DNA of 64,000 bases from Longimicrobiales bacterium (GCA_965248195.1 CBDFIQ010000001.1:1312001-1376000), one strand, 5' to 3'. Shown: positions 46,411 through 55,943, counted from the stretch's first letter. The notes: a model not told the origin generated them from the sequence alone. Program-made: numbers and translations.

Positions 46411-48699
46411 ATGACCCTCGACCCAATACCAGGCCCCACCGCCGCGCTGGACTTAAAGGACCCGGTATTACGATTCCTGACCGTCATCTCCGAGGTGGGG
46501 GGGGACGCCGAGCGGGCGCGCCTCACGGCGACAGCGATTCCTGCGGCGATCCCGTGTACGCTATGTGGAGTGGCGCTACTGAACGAGGCCGTGGGATCAT
46601 GGAGCCTTGCGCTGGTTCGTGACGGGGCCCTCGTTGACAACACCCTTTCAGTTTTGACGCCAGTGTTCGACTCGGCGTTCGACGCTCCGGCTGTGGTGGT
46701 CAGTGGTAAAGACGGCGACACCCCCGAACCCACCGCCTCGGACGCGATGGCGCAACTGGGCGTGCGCGGACTCGCCGTGGCACCACTCAGGACGCTCCGC
46801 CACCGGGTGGGAGCGATGTTCGTCGCCCGGCAGGGTGACGCATTTTCCGAGGACGATGGCGTTCGTCTGATGTCGTTGGCTGAGTGTGCCTCCATCGGGT
46901 TGGAGAACGCGCACCTCAGTGAGGAGCTCAAGCGCACGGCCGATCAATACAGTGCTCTCTATCACAACACCCCCGTCATGATGCACTCCGTCGACGACGA
47001 CGGAAAACTGATTCGCGTGAACGACTACTGGCTGAGCGTGTTGGGGTACGAACGGCAAGACGTACTGGGGAAGAGCTCGGCTGATTTTCTTACCGAGGCC
47101 TCGCGGAGAACCCTGGTGGAGGTCGTGTTTCCCCAGTTGCGGAAGTCCGGCCAGGTGCGTGACGTCGAGATTCAAATGGTTAAGCGCGACGGTACCATCC
47201 TCGACATCCTGGGCTCGGCGGTGGCACAGTTTGGCGACCATGAGCGAATCGAACAAACGCTGGCTTTCTTTGTGGACGTCACCGAGCGCAAACGCGTCGA
47301 AGCCGCCCTACGGGAAAGCGAAGAACGCTTTGCCGGCCTCTTCCGGTCAGCGATGGACGCCATTGTCATTGTCGACCTTGCCGGCCGGATTATGCAGTTC
47401 AATGATGCCGCCGAGACCGTATTTCGCTGCGCGGCTAGTGAAGCGACGGGGGAGCGCTTTCCCCAGCGCTTCGCAGCCGACGAGTTTCGGCGGATTCTCG
47501 AGGACTGTTTGCGTGAGCGCAAGGGAGATGAAATCACACGCCGATATCTGGTCGCCGCCGGCGGTCTGACGGCCCTGCGCTCTGACGGCGAAGCTTTTGC
47601 TGCTGAGGCGACTATCTCTCAGGTCGATATTCCGGGCGACCCGCTATTTGCCATCATTCTGCGGGACGTCGACGATCGGAAACGCGTCGAAACCGAAATC
47701 CGTCAACTGCGCCAACAATCAGATTATCTCAAAGAAGAGATCAAGACGCATCACAACTTCGAGGAGATCGTCGGCGACAGCCCTGCGCTCCGGAGGGTGC
47801 TCCGATCCGTGGAAACCGTTGCACCAACTTCGGCCACGGTGCTCATTCTCGGTGACACAGGAACCGGCAAGGAGCTCGTCGCACGGGCTATCCACGATCT
47901 CAGTCCGCTTCGCGACAAACCGCTCGTGAAAGTGAATTGTGCCGCGCTGCCTGCCGGTCTCGCAGAGAGCGAACTCTTCGGACACGAAAGAGGTGCCTTC
48001 ACAGGCGCCGTCGCACGAAAGATCGGGCGTTTCGAACTGGCGGACCGAGGGACCATCTTCCTGGACGAGATCGGTGACCTCCCGTTGGATATGCAGGTCA
48101 AGCTGCTCCGAGTGCTTCAGGAGGGTGAGTTCGAGCGGATCGGCGGCACGCGCACGATGACGGTCAACGTCAGAGTCATCGCCGCTACGAACCGGGATCT
48201 CAAGCAGGCTGTGACAGACGAGCGCTTTCGTTCCGACCTCTACTACAGACTCAATGTTTTTCCCGTCACGATGCCCTCGCTTCGGGATCGGAAAGAGGAT
48301 ATCCCGGTGCTCGTGAGTTACTTCGTCGACAAGTACGCGAGAAGGCTCGGCAAGCGCATAGATACCATAGCTGATGGTGTCTTGACGGCTCTGCTCGCAT
48401 ATGAGTGGCCGGGTAACATTCGGGAGCTGGAAAACGTGATCGAGCGGGCCGTTATTCTGACGCCGGGTGCCGCCCTGGAATTTGGCGGCTGGCTGATGGA
48501 AACCGGAGCCGCTCCCAATAATGAAACCGGGATGCTGACCCTCGATGAAGCGCAGCGACAGCACATCATCAAGACCCTCGACTTGACGCGTTGGCGAGTC
48601 GGTGGCGAAAGGGGCGCCGCCAAGCTCCTGGACATCAAAGCGACTACGCTTGCATCCCGAATGAAGAAGCTCGGCATAGAACGCCCGGATTCCCGCTAA
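46411..48699 (+). CDS. sigma54-dependent enhancer-binding protein, FhlA-like (GAF-PAS-PAS-AAA+-HTH)
   Basis: [72 protein letters not shown]. Confidence 0.93.
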   Translation: MTLDPIPGPTAALDLKDPVLRFLTVISEVGGDAERARLTATAIPAAIPCTLCGVALLNEAVGSWSLALVRDGALVDNTLSVLTPVFDSAFDAPAVVVSGKDGDTPEPTASDAMAQLGVRGLAVAPLRTLRHRVGAMFVARQGDAFSEDDGVRLMSLAECASIGLENAHLSEELKRTADQYSALYHNTPVMMHSVDDDGKLIRVNDYWLSVLGYERQDVLGKSSADFLTEASRRTLVEVVFPQLRKSGQVRDVEIQMVKRDGTILDILGSAVAQFGDHERIEQTLAFFVDVTERKRVEAALRESEERFAGLFRSAMDAIVIVDLAGRIMQFNDAAETVFRCAASEATGERFPQRFAADEFRRILEDCLRERKGDEITRRYLVAAGGLTALRSDGEAFAAEATISQVDIPGDPLFAIILRDVDDRKRVETEIRQLRQQSDYLKEEIKTHHNFEEIVGDSPALRRVLRSVETVAPTSATVLILGDTGTGKELVARAIHDLSPLRDKPLVKVNCAALPAGLAESELFGHERGAFTGAVARKIGRFELADRGTIFLDEIGDLPLDMQVKLLRVLQEGEFERIGGTRTMTVNVRVIAATNRDLKQAVTDERFRSDLYYRLNVFPVTMPSLRDRKEDIPVLVSYFVDKYARRLGKRIDTIADGVLTALLAYEWPGNIRELENVIERAVILTPGAALEFGGWLMETGAAPNNETGMLTLDEAQRQHIIKTLDLTRWRVGGERGAAKLLDIKATTLASRMKKLGIERPDSR

Positions 48700-48840
48700 T
48701 CCGGCGCCGCATCCCCGAACCACCGCCGCCGCGCCACCGCCGCCACGTCACCACCGCCGCGCCATCCTCTGCCCCCGGCGTTCGCTGCTGGATTCAATAG
48801 GCTCCATCGCATGATGGGCCGGTCCCTGACCCGGGTCGAG

Positions 48841-48877
48841 CCTCCAACATTTCGAACACGCAACGAAATATTGGAGG
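48841..48877. promoter_or_regulatory. Putative upstream activator site 2
   Basis: CCTCCAACATTTCG-N9-CGAAATATTGGAGG, 14-bp arms with one mismatch. Confidence 0.75.
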
Positions 48878-48973
48878 TTTTTGTGAACCGTGGCCGCTCT
48901 CCTTGGGTCGAGCCTCTCGGCTAATCCCTTACAACACAAAGACTTGGCGGTTTTGAGCGGCCAGGATCTACCG

Positions 48974-48988
48974 CGGCACGCCTTCTGC
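48974..48988 (+). promoter_or_regulatory. sigma54 -24/-12 promoter (rightward)
   Basis: CGGCACGCCTTCTGC. Confidence 0.7.
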
Positions 48989-49073
48989 CAATAGGGGACG
49001 TATGTCGAGATCTACCGGCTCGACATCCATGTGGCACCGAGGCACCGGTGAAACCAGTCGTAGGAGTCATGTC

Positions 49074-49370
49074 GTGCTGCGCATTACGAAGGTCGAGAGA
49101 AGAACCGGCTCAGTAACGTTGATCGTCGAGGGTCCGATTACATCTGAGGATGTAGCCCTGCTGGAACTCGACTGCGTTCGCCTACTCCAGGCCGGCCGCC
49201 GGGTGCGATTGGATCTTGCCGACGTGGACTTCATCGACCACACCGGGGTTGCGGCGCTGAGAGAGCTCATGGCCCGCGACGTCGAGATCGAAAGGACCTC
49301 CCTGACCGTGGAGAGATTGTTGACGAGGGTCACCCGCAGCAATCGGCTGCGCTGCTCTGACCAACCCTGA
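49074..49370 (+). CDS. STAS-like domain protein
   Basis: VRLDLADVDFIDHTGVAAL; GTG start after AGGAG. Confidence 0.7.
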   Translation: MLRITKVERRTGSVTLIVEGPITSEDVALLELDCVRLLQAGRRVRLDLADVDFIDHTGVAALRELMARDVEIERTSLTVERLLTRVTRSNRLRCSDQP

Positions 49371-49386
49371 ATCAATGGAGATTCCA

Positions 49387-49896
49387 ATGAACAGTTTGAA
49401 CCTTTTCAACCGAGTAGGCACCGCGGCCGGTCGGTGGGGCATCGTGTTTTTGCTCTTGTGGATCGGCACTTTCAAATTTTCGGCATTCGAAGCGGAGGCC
49501 ATCCGACCCCTAGTGGAGAACAGTCCATTCATGGGCTGGCTCTACGCTGTGTTGAGCGAGCGGGCGGTCTCAATCGTCATCGGGAGCAGCGAGATCGTGG
49601 TCGCGTTGGCAATAGCTTCGCGGCGCTGGTACCCGAGGGTGTCATTCTACGGGAGCCTGGCCGCGGCCGGCATCTTCCTCGTCACGCTCAGTTTCTTCGT
49701 GACGACGCCTGGCACGCTGGCGACGGTTCCGGGCTACCCGCTTCCTGTGCCCGTGGGACCCGGATTCTTCCTGATCAAGGATCTCATCTTGTTCGGGGCC
49801 GCTTTGACGATGGCGGCAGAGGCGGGCAAGACGGCTGCCGTCGTTACGTCGCAGCCCTCGATCGGCGCCGGGTCACCGGTCGCGAAGGCCGCGTGA
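49387..49896 (+). CDS. DUF417/YkgB (RclC-like) inner-membrane protein
   Basis: WIGTFKFSAFEAEAIRPLVENSPFMGWLY, TLSFFVTTP, FLIKD. Confidence 0.85.
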   Translation: MNSLNLFNRVGTAAGRWGIVFLLLWIGTFKFSAFEAEAIRPLVENSPFMGWLYAVLSERAVSIVIGSSEIVVALAIASRRWYPRVSFYGSLAAAGIFLVTLSFFVTTPGTLATVPGYPLPVPVGPGFFLIKDLILFGAALTMAAEAGKTAAVVTSQPSIGAGSPVAKAA

Positions 49897-49967
49897 GTGA
49901 CTCGCAACGAGCGCTCACCGGTGCAGAAAGTACACACACCAACATCCTCAAAGGAGATATACACATC

Positions 49968-50501
49968 ATGAAGACGATAATTTTCCTCGCACTCGCCGGG
50001 GCAGTTCTGACCACCATGCTGGACAACGACGATGCTGTTGGCTACGCGCTGAACGATCTAGAAATGGCTCACGTCACGGTGATCGCAAGCAACATCGACA
50101 TCGGGTACGCACACCTTGCGTTGGCCCTCTCCGAGAGCCCGGACATCCGGGAGTTTGCCGAGACGATGATTCGGGATCATTCCGCCGTCAACGAGCAGGT
50201 GTTCGCGCTCGCCGACAAACTGGGTATTACGGCTCAGGACAACGAGATGAGTCGCCTCCTTCTGGCACAAGCAGAGGAGATCAAGGATGAGTTGAGCCAG
50301 TTGCGTGGCGGCGCATTCGACAGCCGCTACGCCGCGAACGAAGCAGCCTACCACCAGATGGTAAACGGTGTCGTGCAGAACGATTTCATCCCCAATGTGG
50401 TGAACCCTGAAGTGCAGGCTGCGTTCAAGGGTGCCCTTTCGATCTTCCTGGTTCACCAGGAACACGCGGAAGAGCTCGAACGTCAGTTCGGGCCGATGTA
50501 A
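49968..50501 (+). CDS. DUF4142 domain-containing secreted protein
   Basis: AAGGAG RBS; signal peptide; FAETMIRDH, FDSRY..NE..YH. Confidence 0.8.
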   Translation: MKTIIFLALAGAVLTTMLDNDDAVGYALNDLEMAHVTVIASNIDIGYAHLALALSESPDIREFAETMIRDHSAVNEQVFALADKLGITAQDNEMSRLLLAQAEEIKDELSQLRGGAFDSRYAANEAAYHQMVNGVVQNDFIPNVVNPEVQAAFKGALSIFLVHQEHAEELERQFGPM

Positions 50502-50864
50502 ATGAGACGAAGCGCAAGGACGTTGTTAGTCGCATGCACGATGCTCCTAACGGTCTTTGGTTTGACGGGAGTCGCCCTCGCCCAGGCGGGCGGGGCGACC
50601 CCGGCAAACGCGACCCATGTGATCGACATCCGGCAGCTGCGATTTCAACCCGCCGTATTGACGGTGGTGCCAGGCGACACGGTGGTGTGGATCAATCGAG
50701 ATATCGTCCCACACGCAGTAAGCGCACTGGACGCCGAGTGGGAGTCGGAAGGCTTGATGACAAATGGATCGTGGCGGCGCGTGGTGACCGGGAAGGGCAG
50801 CGTGGAATACTACTGCACATATCACCCGACGATGCGAGGTACCATCCTCTTGAAGGGAGTGTGA
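50502..50864 (+). CDS. Cupredoxin (amicyanin/plastocyanin-like)
   Basis: Signal peptide; GDTVVWINRD.VPH and YYCTYHPTM type-1 copper ligands. Confidence 0.9.
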   Translation: MRRSARTLLVACTMLLTVFGLTGVALAQAGGATPANATHVIDIRQLRFQPAVLTVVPGDTVVWINRDIVPHAVSALDAEWESEGLMTNGSWRRVVTGKGSVEYYCTYHPTMRGTILLKGV

Positions 50865-50867
50865 TTC

Positions 50868-51518
50868 ATGTTTACAGAAACAAAGACGCGAACGCGGCTG
50901 CTCATCGCGCTTGCGGGACTAGGTTTGGTTACGGCGACGCTACCGTTGTGGCTAGGAGCACGCCCAGCATCTCAAATGACTGAGATCGAGCGAGCCCAGT
51001 TCACCAGCGAGGGTGAAGCCGTTCAACCTGATGATTGGCGGTCCTGGACGTTCATCGGAGCGCCGCTAACCCCGAATGCACTCAACGGCGGCGAAGCACC
51101 TTTCCCGGAATTTCACAACGTATACATCGAGCCAACGGCGTTGGAGGCCTACCAGATGACTGGACAGTTTCCTGAGGGCACTCAGCTCGCAAAGGAACTC
51201 GTCTCAGTGATCTCCGATGCCGCTCATGAGGACGGATCGACAGTGCAGGTGAGCGGTCGAGGCTATTTCCAAGGCGAATTTCAGGGCCTAGAGCTCGCTG
51301 TCAAAGAGTCGAGTCGTTTTCCGGATGAGCCCGGGGGCTGGGCATATTTCAGCTTCGGCCACCACCCGGAGCCATATGCAGAATCGGCCACTGCCTTTCC
51401 GACAGCCACTTGTAATGGGTGCCACCAGGCGAACGCCGCGCAGGATTGGGTATTCGCGCAGTTTTACCCCCTGCTGCGAGGGATCGAGTTCGGTACAAGA
51501 GCGATAGTTACCCATTAA
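50868..51518 (+). CDS. Cytochrome P460 family protein
   Basis: TPNALNGGEAPF, VYIEP, GTQLAKE, GYFQG..GLE.AVK, GWAYF, C-terminal CNGCH, VFAQFYPLLR. Confidence 0.9.
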   Translation: MFTETKTRTRLLIALAGLGLVTATLPLWLGARPASQMTEIERAQFTSEGEAVQPDDWRSWTFIGAPLTPNALNGGEAPFPEFHNVYIEPTALEAYQMTGQFPEGTQLAKELVSVISDAAHEDGSTVQVSGRGYFQGEFQGLELAVKESSRFPDEPGGWAYFSFGHHPEPYAESATAFPTATCNGCHQANAAQDWVFAQFYPLLRGIEFGTRAIVTH

Positions 51519-52159
51519 ACGACAGACTGGTGAGGTCCCGAATTAGGTCTCCGGAGTGAATGATTCCGTGGGGACATTGGTTCGGGGCCTCCTTGCAACA
51601 TACAGGAGGTGGTCATGTCTTCATCCACACCGGTCGCGACGACCGAGTCGATGTTTCAACCCGCTAAAGTGGGACGCAATAAGACGACTTCGCGTGCCTT
51701 CAGGGCCAGGCGCTTAACCGAGTTCTCGAGCCCTGGTACCTAGGGACGGCGAAGATGAACTCCGAAGTGCTGGTGGAGACTCTAGAATGGATCATGGATG
51801 GCATGCTGACACCGATTCGCCAGGAAAGGTTATTCAAGACGGACGCGTAGGGCCTGCCCTGGACTCCACCGATAGCAGGGGTGAGTCCCTCGAAATCCAC
51901 CGTGTTCCGACCGTATCCCGACTACAGTCCGACTGCAGTCCCACCGTAACCCCACCATTAACCCCACCGTACCCGGACCGTAGCGGTACCAACTACCGAC
52001 CTCACGCTTATCAGGCGCCTGAGTAGGGGTCGGAATCACGGCAGGATGCCGGAAAACCTAGATGGATCGCGCGATTTGCCGCCTTCGTGATTCTTCGATG
52101 CCGTGATCTGCCGGGTTCGATCGACAGGACAACCGACAGGACCGACACGCCGGTGATCC

Positions 52160-54976
52160 CTAATCGGCCCGCAGCGCTTCCGCCGGATGGACCCGGCTCG
52201 CCCTTCGTGCGGGCAGCCACGCAGAGGCGAGGGACACGATGATCAACACCACGACGCTTCCGGCTTGCGCACCGAACCCCAATCCATCAACCCCGCGGAT
52301 CCGGGACCCCAGAACCTCCGTAAGCCAGTAGGCGCCGATCAAGCCGCAGCCCGCCCCTATTGCTGCGAAGAATGCCGACTGCCGCAGTACCCTCGCAGCC
52401 GCGGCTTGGCGGGTAGCGCCGAGGGCTCGCCGAACGCCGATCTCTCGGGTGCGGCGTTGAACTTCCTGGGCGAACATGCCGAAAATGGCGGCGATGGCTA
52501 GCACCATCGCGACGATGGCGAAGCCCGTGAGGAGGAAAAGGTAAAAGCGCTGCGGTGCGATTCGCTCCAACCGGTACGACTCCAACGTTCTGGCCTGCGT
52601 TATCGCGATCAGGGGATCCACCTCCCAGACGGCGTCCTGAAGAGCTGTCAACGAGGGTGGTGCCGTAGGATCCGTACGAATGAGGAAGGCAGTCCGGTCT
52701 GCCCAGCCCACCATATCCTCCGACCAGAGTTCGGACCGCTGGTCGATCGGCACATAGACCGTCCTCGGGTTCTGCTCACCAGGCCCGTCGTGGGACACGT
52801 CTTTGACGACCCCCACGATCTCGGCCTGAATCGCCGGGAAATAGGGCGACTCTTCAAAATCGAAGATCTCTCCGAGCGGGTCGTCCTTCCCGAACCCGAA
52901 TTGCGCGAGAGACTCGTTCACGACGACGACGCGGGGTCCGCCCGCACGATCGCCGGGACCGAAGCCGCGACCCTTACGGATCTCGATGCCCAGTGTCCGG
53001 AAGTAGTTCGAGCTGACCCATTTGATGCGGTACCCCCTCGAGGGTCTCCTTGCTCTCGAAGAGGCGCTGTCTTCGGGGAAGATCTGCGCTTCTCGGTTCG
53101 GAAACGGCCGGAAGTACCCCGTGGGCCCCCAGAGTGGCGGGTTGTTCGCGTAAGCCACCTCTTCAACACCCGGTACCGCCCCGAGCCTGTCCGTCACCTC
53201 GTCGATGAAGGCCACATCGCGTGTGCCGATTCGGAACGCATTGGAGACCGAGAGCCATTCCCATTCGGGACTGAGAACCGCCCCAGCTTCGGCGATCGTA
53301 ATACCGGTAGATTGGGCGTATTGGGCTCTAGGGAGTCTCATGTAGAGAGAGGTCACGTCCTCCGGATCGAGGCCCGGATCCGTCGCGGACACACGGGCAT
53401 AGGTCTGGAGGAGCGCTCCCGCCCCCGAGATCAGAATGGAAGCCAGGGTGAGTTGGCCGACGAGAACGAAACCCCGACTTCGCCCCTCCCCGCTGATCGC
53501 CCCGTGAGCCCCCCGCTTGAGATCGCTCACGAGACTCAGCCGAGAAGCCTGGAGCGCGGGAAGAAAGCTGCTCACCACCCAGACTGCCCCCGCGAGCAAG
53601 GCGATCCCGACGAGAACGCGACCGTCCACTCCAGCCAAGTCGAGGCGGGGCACGTCCCAGGGCACCAGCTCCCTCACTCGGGGAAGAAGGACCACGGTGA
53701 TGGCTACAGCGGCGGCGGCCCCGATCCCCGTCAGAATACCGGCCTCGAGCACGAGCTCACGTGCCAGCCGAGCCCGAGAGGCGCCATACGCTGCCCTCAC
53801 CGCCAACTCGCTTCGCCGGCCCAGGGCGCGCGCCAGGAGAAGACCCGCCACGCTCGAACAGACCACGAGGAGGAGCAGACCCACGATTCCCGAGAGCATG
53901 AGAAGGTTCTCACGCCATGCACGTCCTTCGGCGTCCTTCAGCATGGGCCTCACGAGGGCCGTCAGTCCAGCTTGCGTGTCCGGATATGCTTCCGCGAGGC
54001 CCCCCTGTATGCGGTCGAGATCGGCATCTGCGTCCGCAATCGAGACGCCCGGCGCGAGCCGTGCGATCGGCCACAGATCGCCGCCATATGCCCGCCCGGT
54101 CCGGTCCGAGCCCATCGGGTCGTTGATGAAGACATCCCGCCTGGGGCCTCCCCAAAGGGGGAGGTCGAAGTAGTGAAATCCCTCCGGCATGACGCCGACG
54201 ACCTCCGCGGACCCCCCAGCGATGCGGAGTGTCCGTCCGAGAATAGCCGGGTCCGCACCGAAACGCGTGCGCCAGAAATCGTATGTGAGGACGGCTACCG
54301 TCGGAGCGCCGACCGCGTCATCCTCGGGGAGCACTGCCCGGCCCAGCCAAGGCCGCACGCCCACGACGTTGAAGAAGCTCGACTCGACGCGTAATCCGCC
54401 CACGACGTACGGGCGGTTCAACTGAAGGGTCATGGCGCGAGCTTGAGTGGCGGTGATGGCGGTGAAGCTCCGCTGAGACTCCTTCCAGTCCAGGTAGTCT
54501 CGCGGTGCGAGCGCTGGCGTCCTTCCGTCGGGCATCTCCTTCATCACGCTTACGACCCGGTGTGGATCGGGAAAGGGAAGTGGGCGGAGGAGGACGTGTT
54601 CCAGCACCGTCAGGACGGTGGCTCCGGCGCCGAGTCCCAACGCCAAGACTGTGACGGCGAGCATGGCCTGGTGCGGCTGTCGTACAATTCTCCGAAGCGC
54701 TGTTCTGAGATCATCCCAAAGTTCGATGCGCGCCTGGCGCCGAGTGTGGTGGAGGAGCCGGCGTTCGTTTTCGCGATAGCCTCGGTGTCGCCATCGATCG
54801 ACGTCGCCAAAGGCGTGAGTCGCCTTGGAATGGGCCTCCGCCTCGGAGAGACCCGCGGCGATCAGGTCTCGGACCTTGGCCTCGAAGTGGTGTGCGAAGT
54901 CATCGTCCACTTCCGCTCGAGCCTTGTCACGGGCGAACGGATTCCGAAACATCCTCCTGAGCTGACGCGGGCTCAT
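52160..54976 (-). CDS. ADOP-type duplicated MacB/FtsX ABC permease
   Basis: Permease prefix domain; two MacB_PCD and FtsX repeats (ELAVRAAYGA, EIGVRRALGA); ends PARRASRVHPAEALRAD. Confidence 0.9.
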   Translation of the reverse strand: MSPRQLRRMFRNPFARDKARAEVDDDFAHHFEAKVRDLIAAGLSEAEAHSKATHAFGDVDRWRHRGYRENERRLLHHTRRQARIELWDDLRTALRRIVRQPHQAMLAVTVLALGLGAGATVLTVLEHVLLRPLPFPDPHRVVSVMKEMPDGRTPALAPRDYLDWKESQRSFTAITATQARAMTLQLNRPYVVGGLRVESSFFNVVGVRPWLGRAVLPEDDAVGAPTVAVLTYDFWRTRFGADPAILGRTLRIAGGSAEVVGVMPEGFHYFDLPLWGGPRRDVFINDPMGSDRTGRAYGGDLWPIARLAPGVSIADADADLDRIQGGLAEAYPDTQAGLTALVRPMLKDAEGRAWRENLLMLSGIVGLLLLVVCSSVAGLLLARALGRRSELAVRAAYGASRARLARELVLEAGILTGIGAAAAVAITVVLLPRVRELVPWDVPRLDLAGVDGRVLVGIALLAGAVWVVSSFLPALQASRLSLVSDLKRGAHGAISGEGRSRGFVLVGQLTLASILISGAGALLQTYARVSATDPGLDPEDVTSLYMRLPRAQYAQSTGITIAEAGAVLSPEWEWLSVSNAFRIGTRDVAFIDEVTDRLGAVPGVEEVAYANNPPLWGPTGYFRPFPNREAQIFPEDSASSRARRPSRGYRIKWVSSNYFRTLGIEIRKGRGFGPGDRAGGPRVVVVNESLAQFGFGKDDPLGEIFDFEESPYFPAIQAEIVGVVKDVSHDGPGEQNPRTVYVPIDQRSELWSEDMVGWADRTAFLIRTDPTAPPSLTALQDAVWEVDPLIAITQARTLESYRLERIAPQRFYLFLLTGFAIVAMVLAIAAIFGMFAQEVQRRTREIGVRRALGATRQAAAARVLRQSAFFAAIGAGCGLIGAYWLTEVLGSRIRGVDGLGFGAQAGSVVVLIIVSLASAWLPARRASRVHPAEALRAD

Positions 54977-55329
54977 GATTTGACCCCGGCGGCCACCGAG
55001 GATACCGCACGCTCCATGGCTTTCACGTACCTCTCCCAGTATCGAATCTCATGGTTCAGCCGCTTGGAGCCGGCGGAAGTAAGTTCGTAGACCCTTGCGC
55101 GGCGACCCGTTTCCGTGCGAGACCAGCGAGACTCGATCAGGTTCTTCCGGTCTAACCGGTAGAGGGCTGGGTAGAGACTCCCCTCTTCGACCAGCAGTTC
55201 TTCGCCCGTAACCCCGTGGATCCACTTGGATATGGCGTACCCATGCATCGGTCCCAGGCTGACGGCCTTGAGGACGAGCAAATCCAAGGTACCGCGGATG
55301 ACATCCAGGCCTCGTTTCTCGTCGCTCAT
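54973..55329 (-). CDS. PadR family regulator (acidobacterial ADOP-associated type)
   Basis: GTLDLLVLK, MHGYAI, VEEGSLYPALYRL, RRARVYELT. Confidence 0.9.
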   Translation of the reverse strand: MSDEKRGLDVIRGTLDLLVLKAVSLGPMHGYAISKWIHGVTGEELLVEEGSLYPALYRLDRKNLIESRWSRTETGRRARVYELTSAGSKRLNHEIRYWERYVKAMERAVSSVAAGVKS

Positions 55330-55338
55330 CACCATGAC

Positions 55339-55371
55339 CATTAGAAACACCAAGGGTTATGGTTTCTAATG
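55339..55371. promoter_or_regulatory. Inverted repeat upstream of padR (candidate operator)
   Basis: CATTAGAAAC-N13-GTTTCTAATG. Confidence 0.55.
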
Positions 55372-55612
55372 ATAGGACCCGAGTGCCGATCCGCAAGTGC
55401 ATGCCGCACACCGCTCGAAAAACGCGGTCACGGCAGGGCCCTTGCGACGGATTCTAAGTCAGATGCTCGACATAGGGCACGGCAAGTGCGCAAGAGGCGG
55501 CGTGGTGCAGAGCTCAGAGATCAGTCAAATCAGTTGGCGCCATCAAGTCGCTGGCGACCTCCTGCTCATGCAGCGTGAGGTTCGTCACGCCTTCGCCAAT
55601 CGGGTGAGAGAC

Positions 55613-55635
55613 TTGTGTGCCAATTTGTGTGCCAA
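55613..55635 (+). repeat. Tandem TTGTGTGCCAA x2, arm-site-like, about 150 bp inside attR of island 2
   Basis: TTGTGTGCCAA-T-TTGTGTGCCAA. Confidence 0.6.
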
Positions 55636-55761
55636 CTCCGCAAAACGGGGCGAATCTCAGTGGAACGAGGAAAACGTCACTGTTCCCGTAACGCTAATGA
55701 CTGCAACACTTAAGCGACCTTGAACTAACTGAGCCGCACTCCCGAAAACTCGCCGATATGA

Positions 55762-55806
55762 ACTCTTAATCAGTAGGTTCGGGGTTCGAGTCCCTGGCGG
55801 GGCACT
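55762..55806 (+). repeat. att core: third copy of the tRNA-Lys 3' half (right end of island 2)
   Basis: 45 bp identical to 11466-11510. Confidence 0.97.
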
Positions 55807-55808
55807 GG

Positions 55809-55845
55809 CGGAAGTCCAGGAACAATCTGGACTTCCGGATTTTGT
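55809..55845 (+). terminator. Hairpin, probably the original tRNA-Lys terminator
   Basis: CGGAAGTCCAG-N7-CTGGACTTCCG followed by GATTTTGT. Confidence 0.6.
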
Positions 55846-55943
55846 GTCCGCGAGTTAGGGGTGAACCCTTATGGTGGCGAGGCGTCCACGGAAAGAGGAT
55901 TGGATCGGCCTGACGCATGGAACCCCGTGGGAAGGGGCCACCC

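Larger units (their letters stand above)
29577..55806. mobile_element. Genomic island 2 (about 26 kb), with no integrase gene recognised
   Basis: Bounded by the second and third copies of the tRNA-Lys 3' half; mosaic cargo with gene fragments. Confidence 0.8.

Noticed and set aside
48700..48770. CCG/CCA-rich repeat after the bEBP stop
   Set aside because: Low-complexity GC tract with no defined unit or terminator structure
49434..49967. N-terminal extension of the 355-aa ORF
   Set aside because: Overlaps the DUF417 gene out of frame; the RBS and signal peptide point to ATG 49968
52790..54394. Long antisense ORFs (also 1298-2386, 33560-34888, 43630-44949 and others)
   Set aside because: Shadow frames of well-supported genes, expected in high-GC DNA; no recognisable motifs
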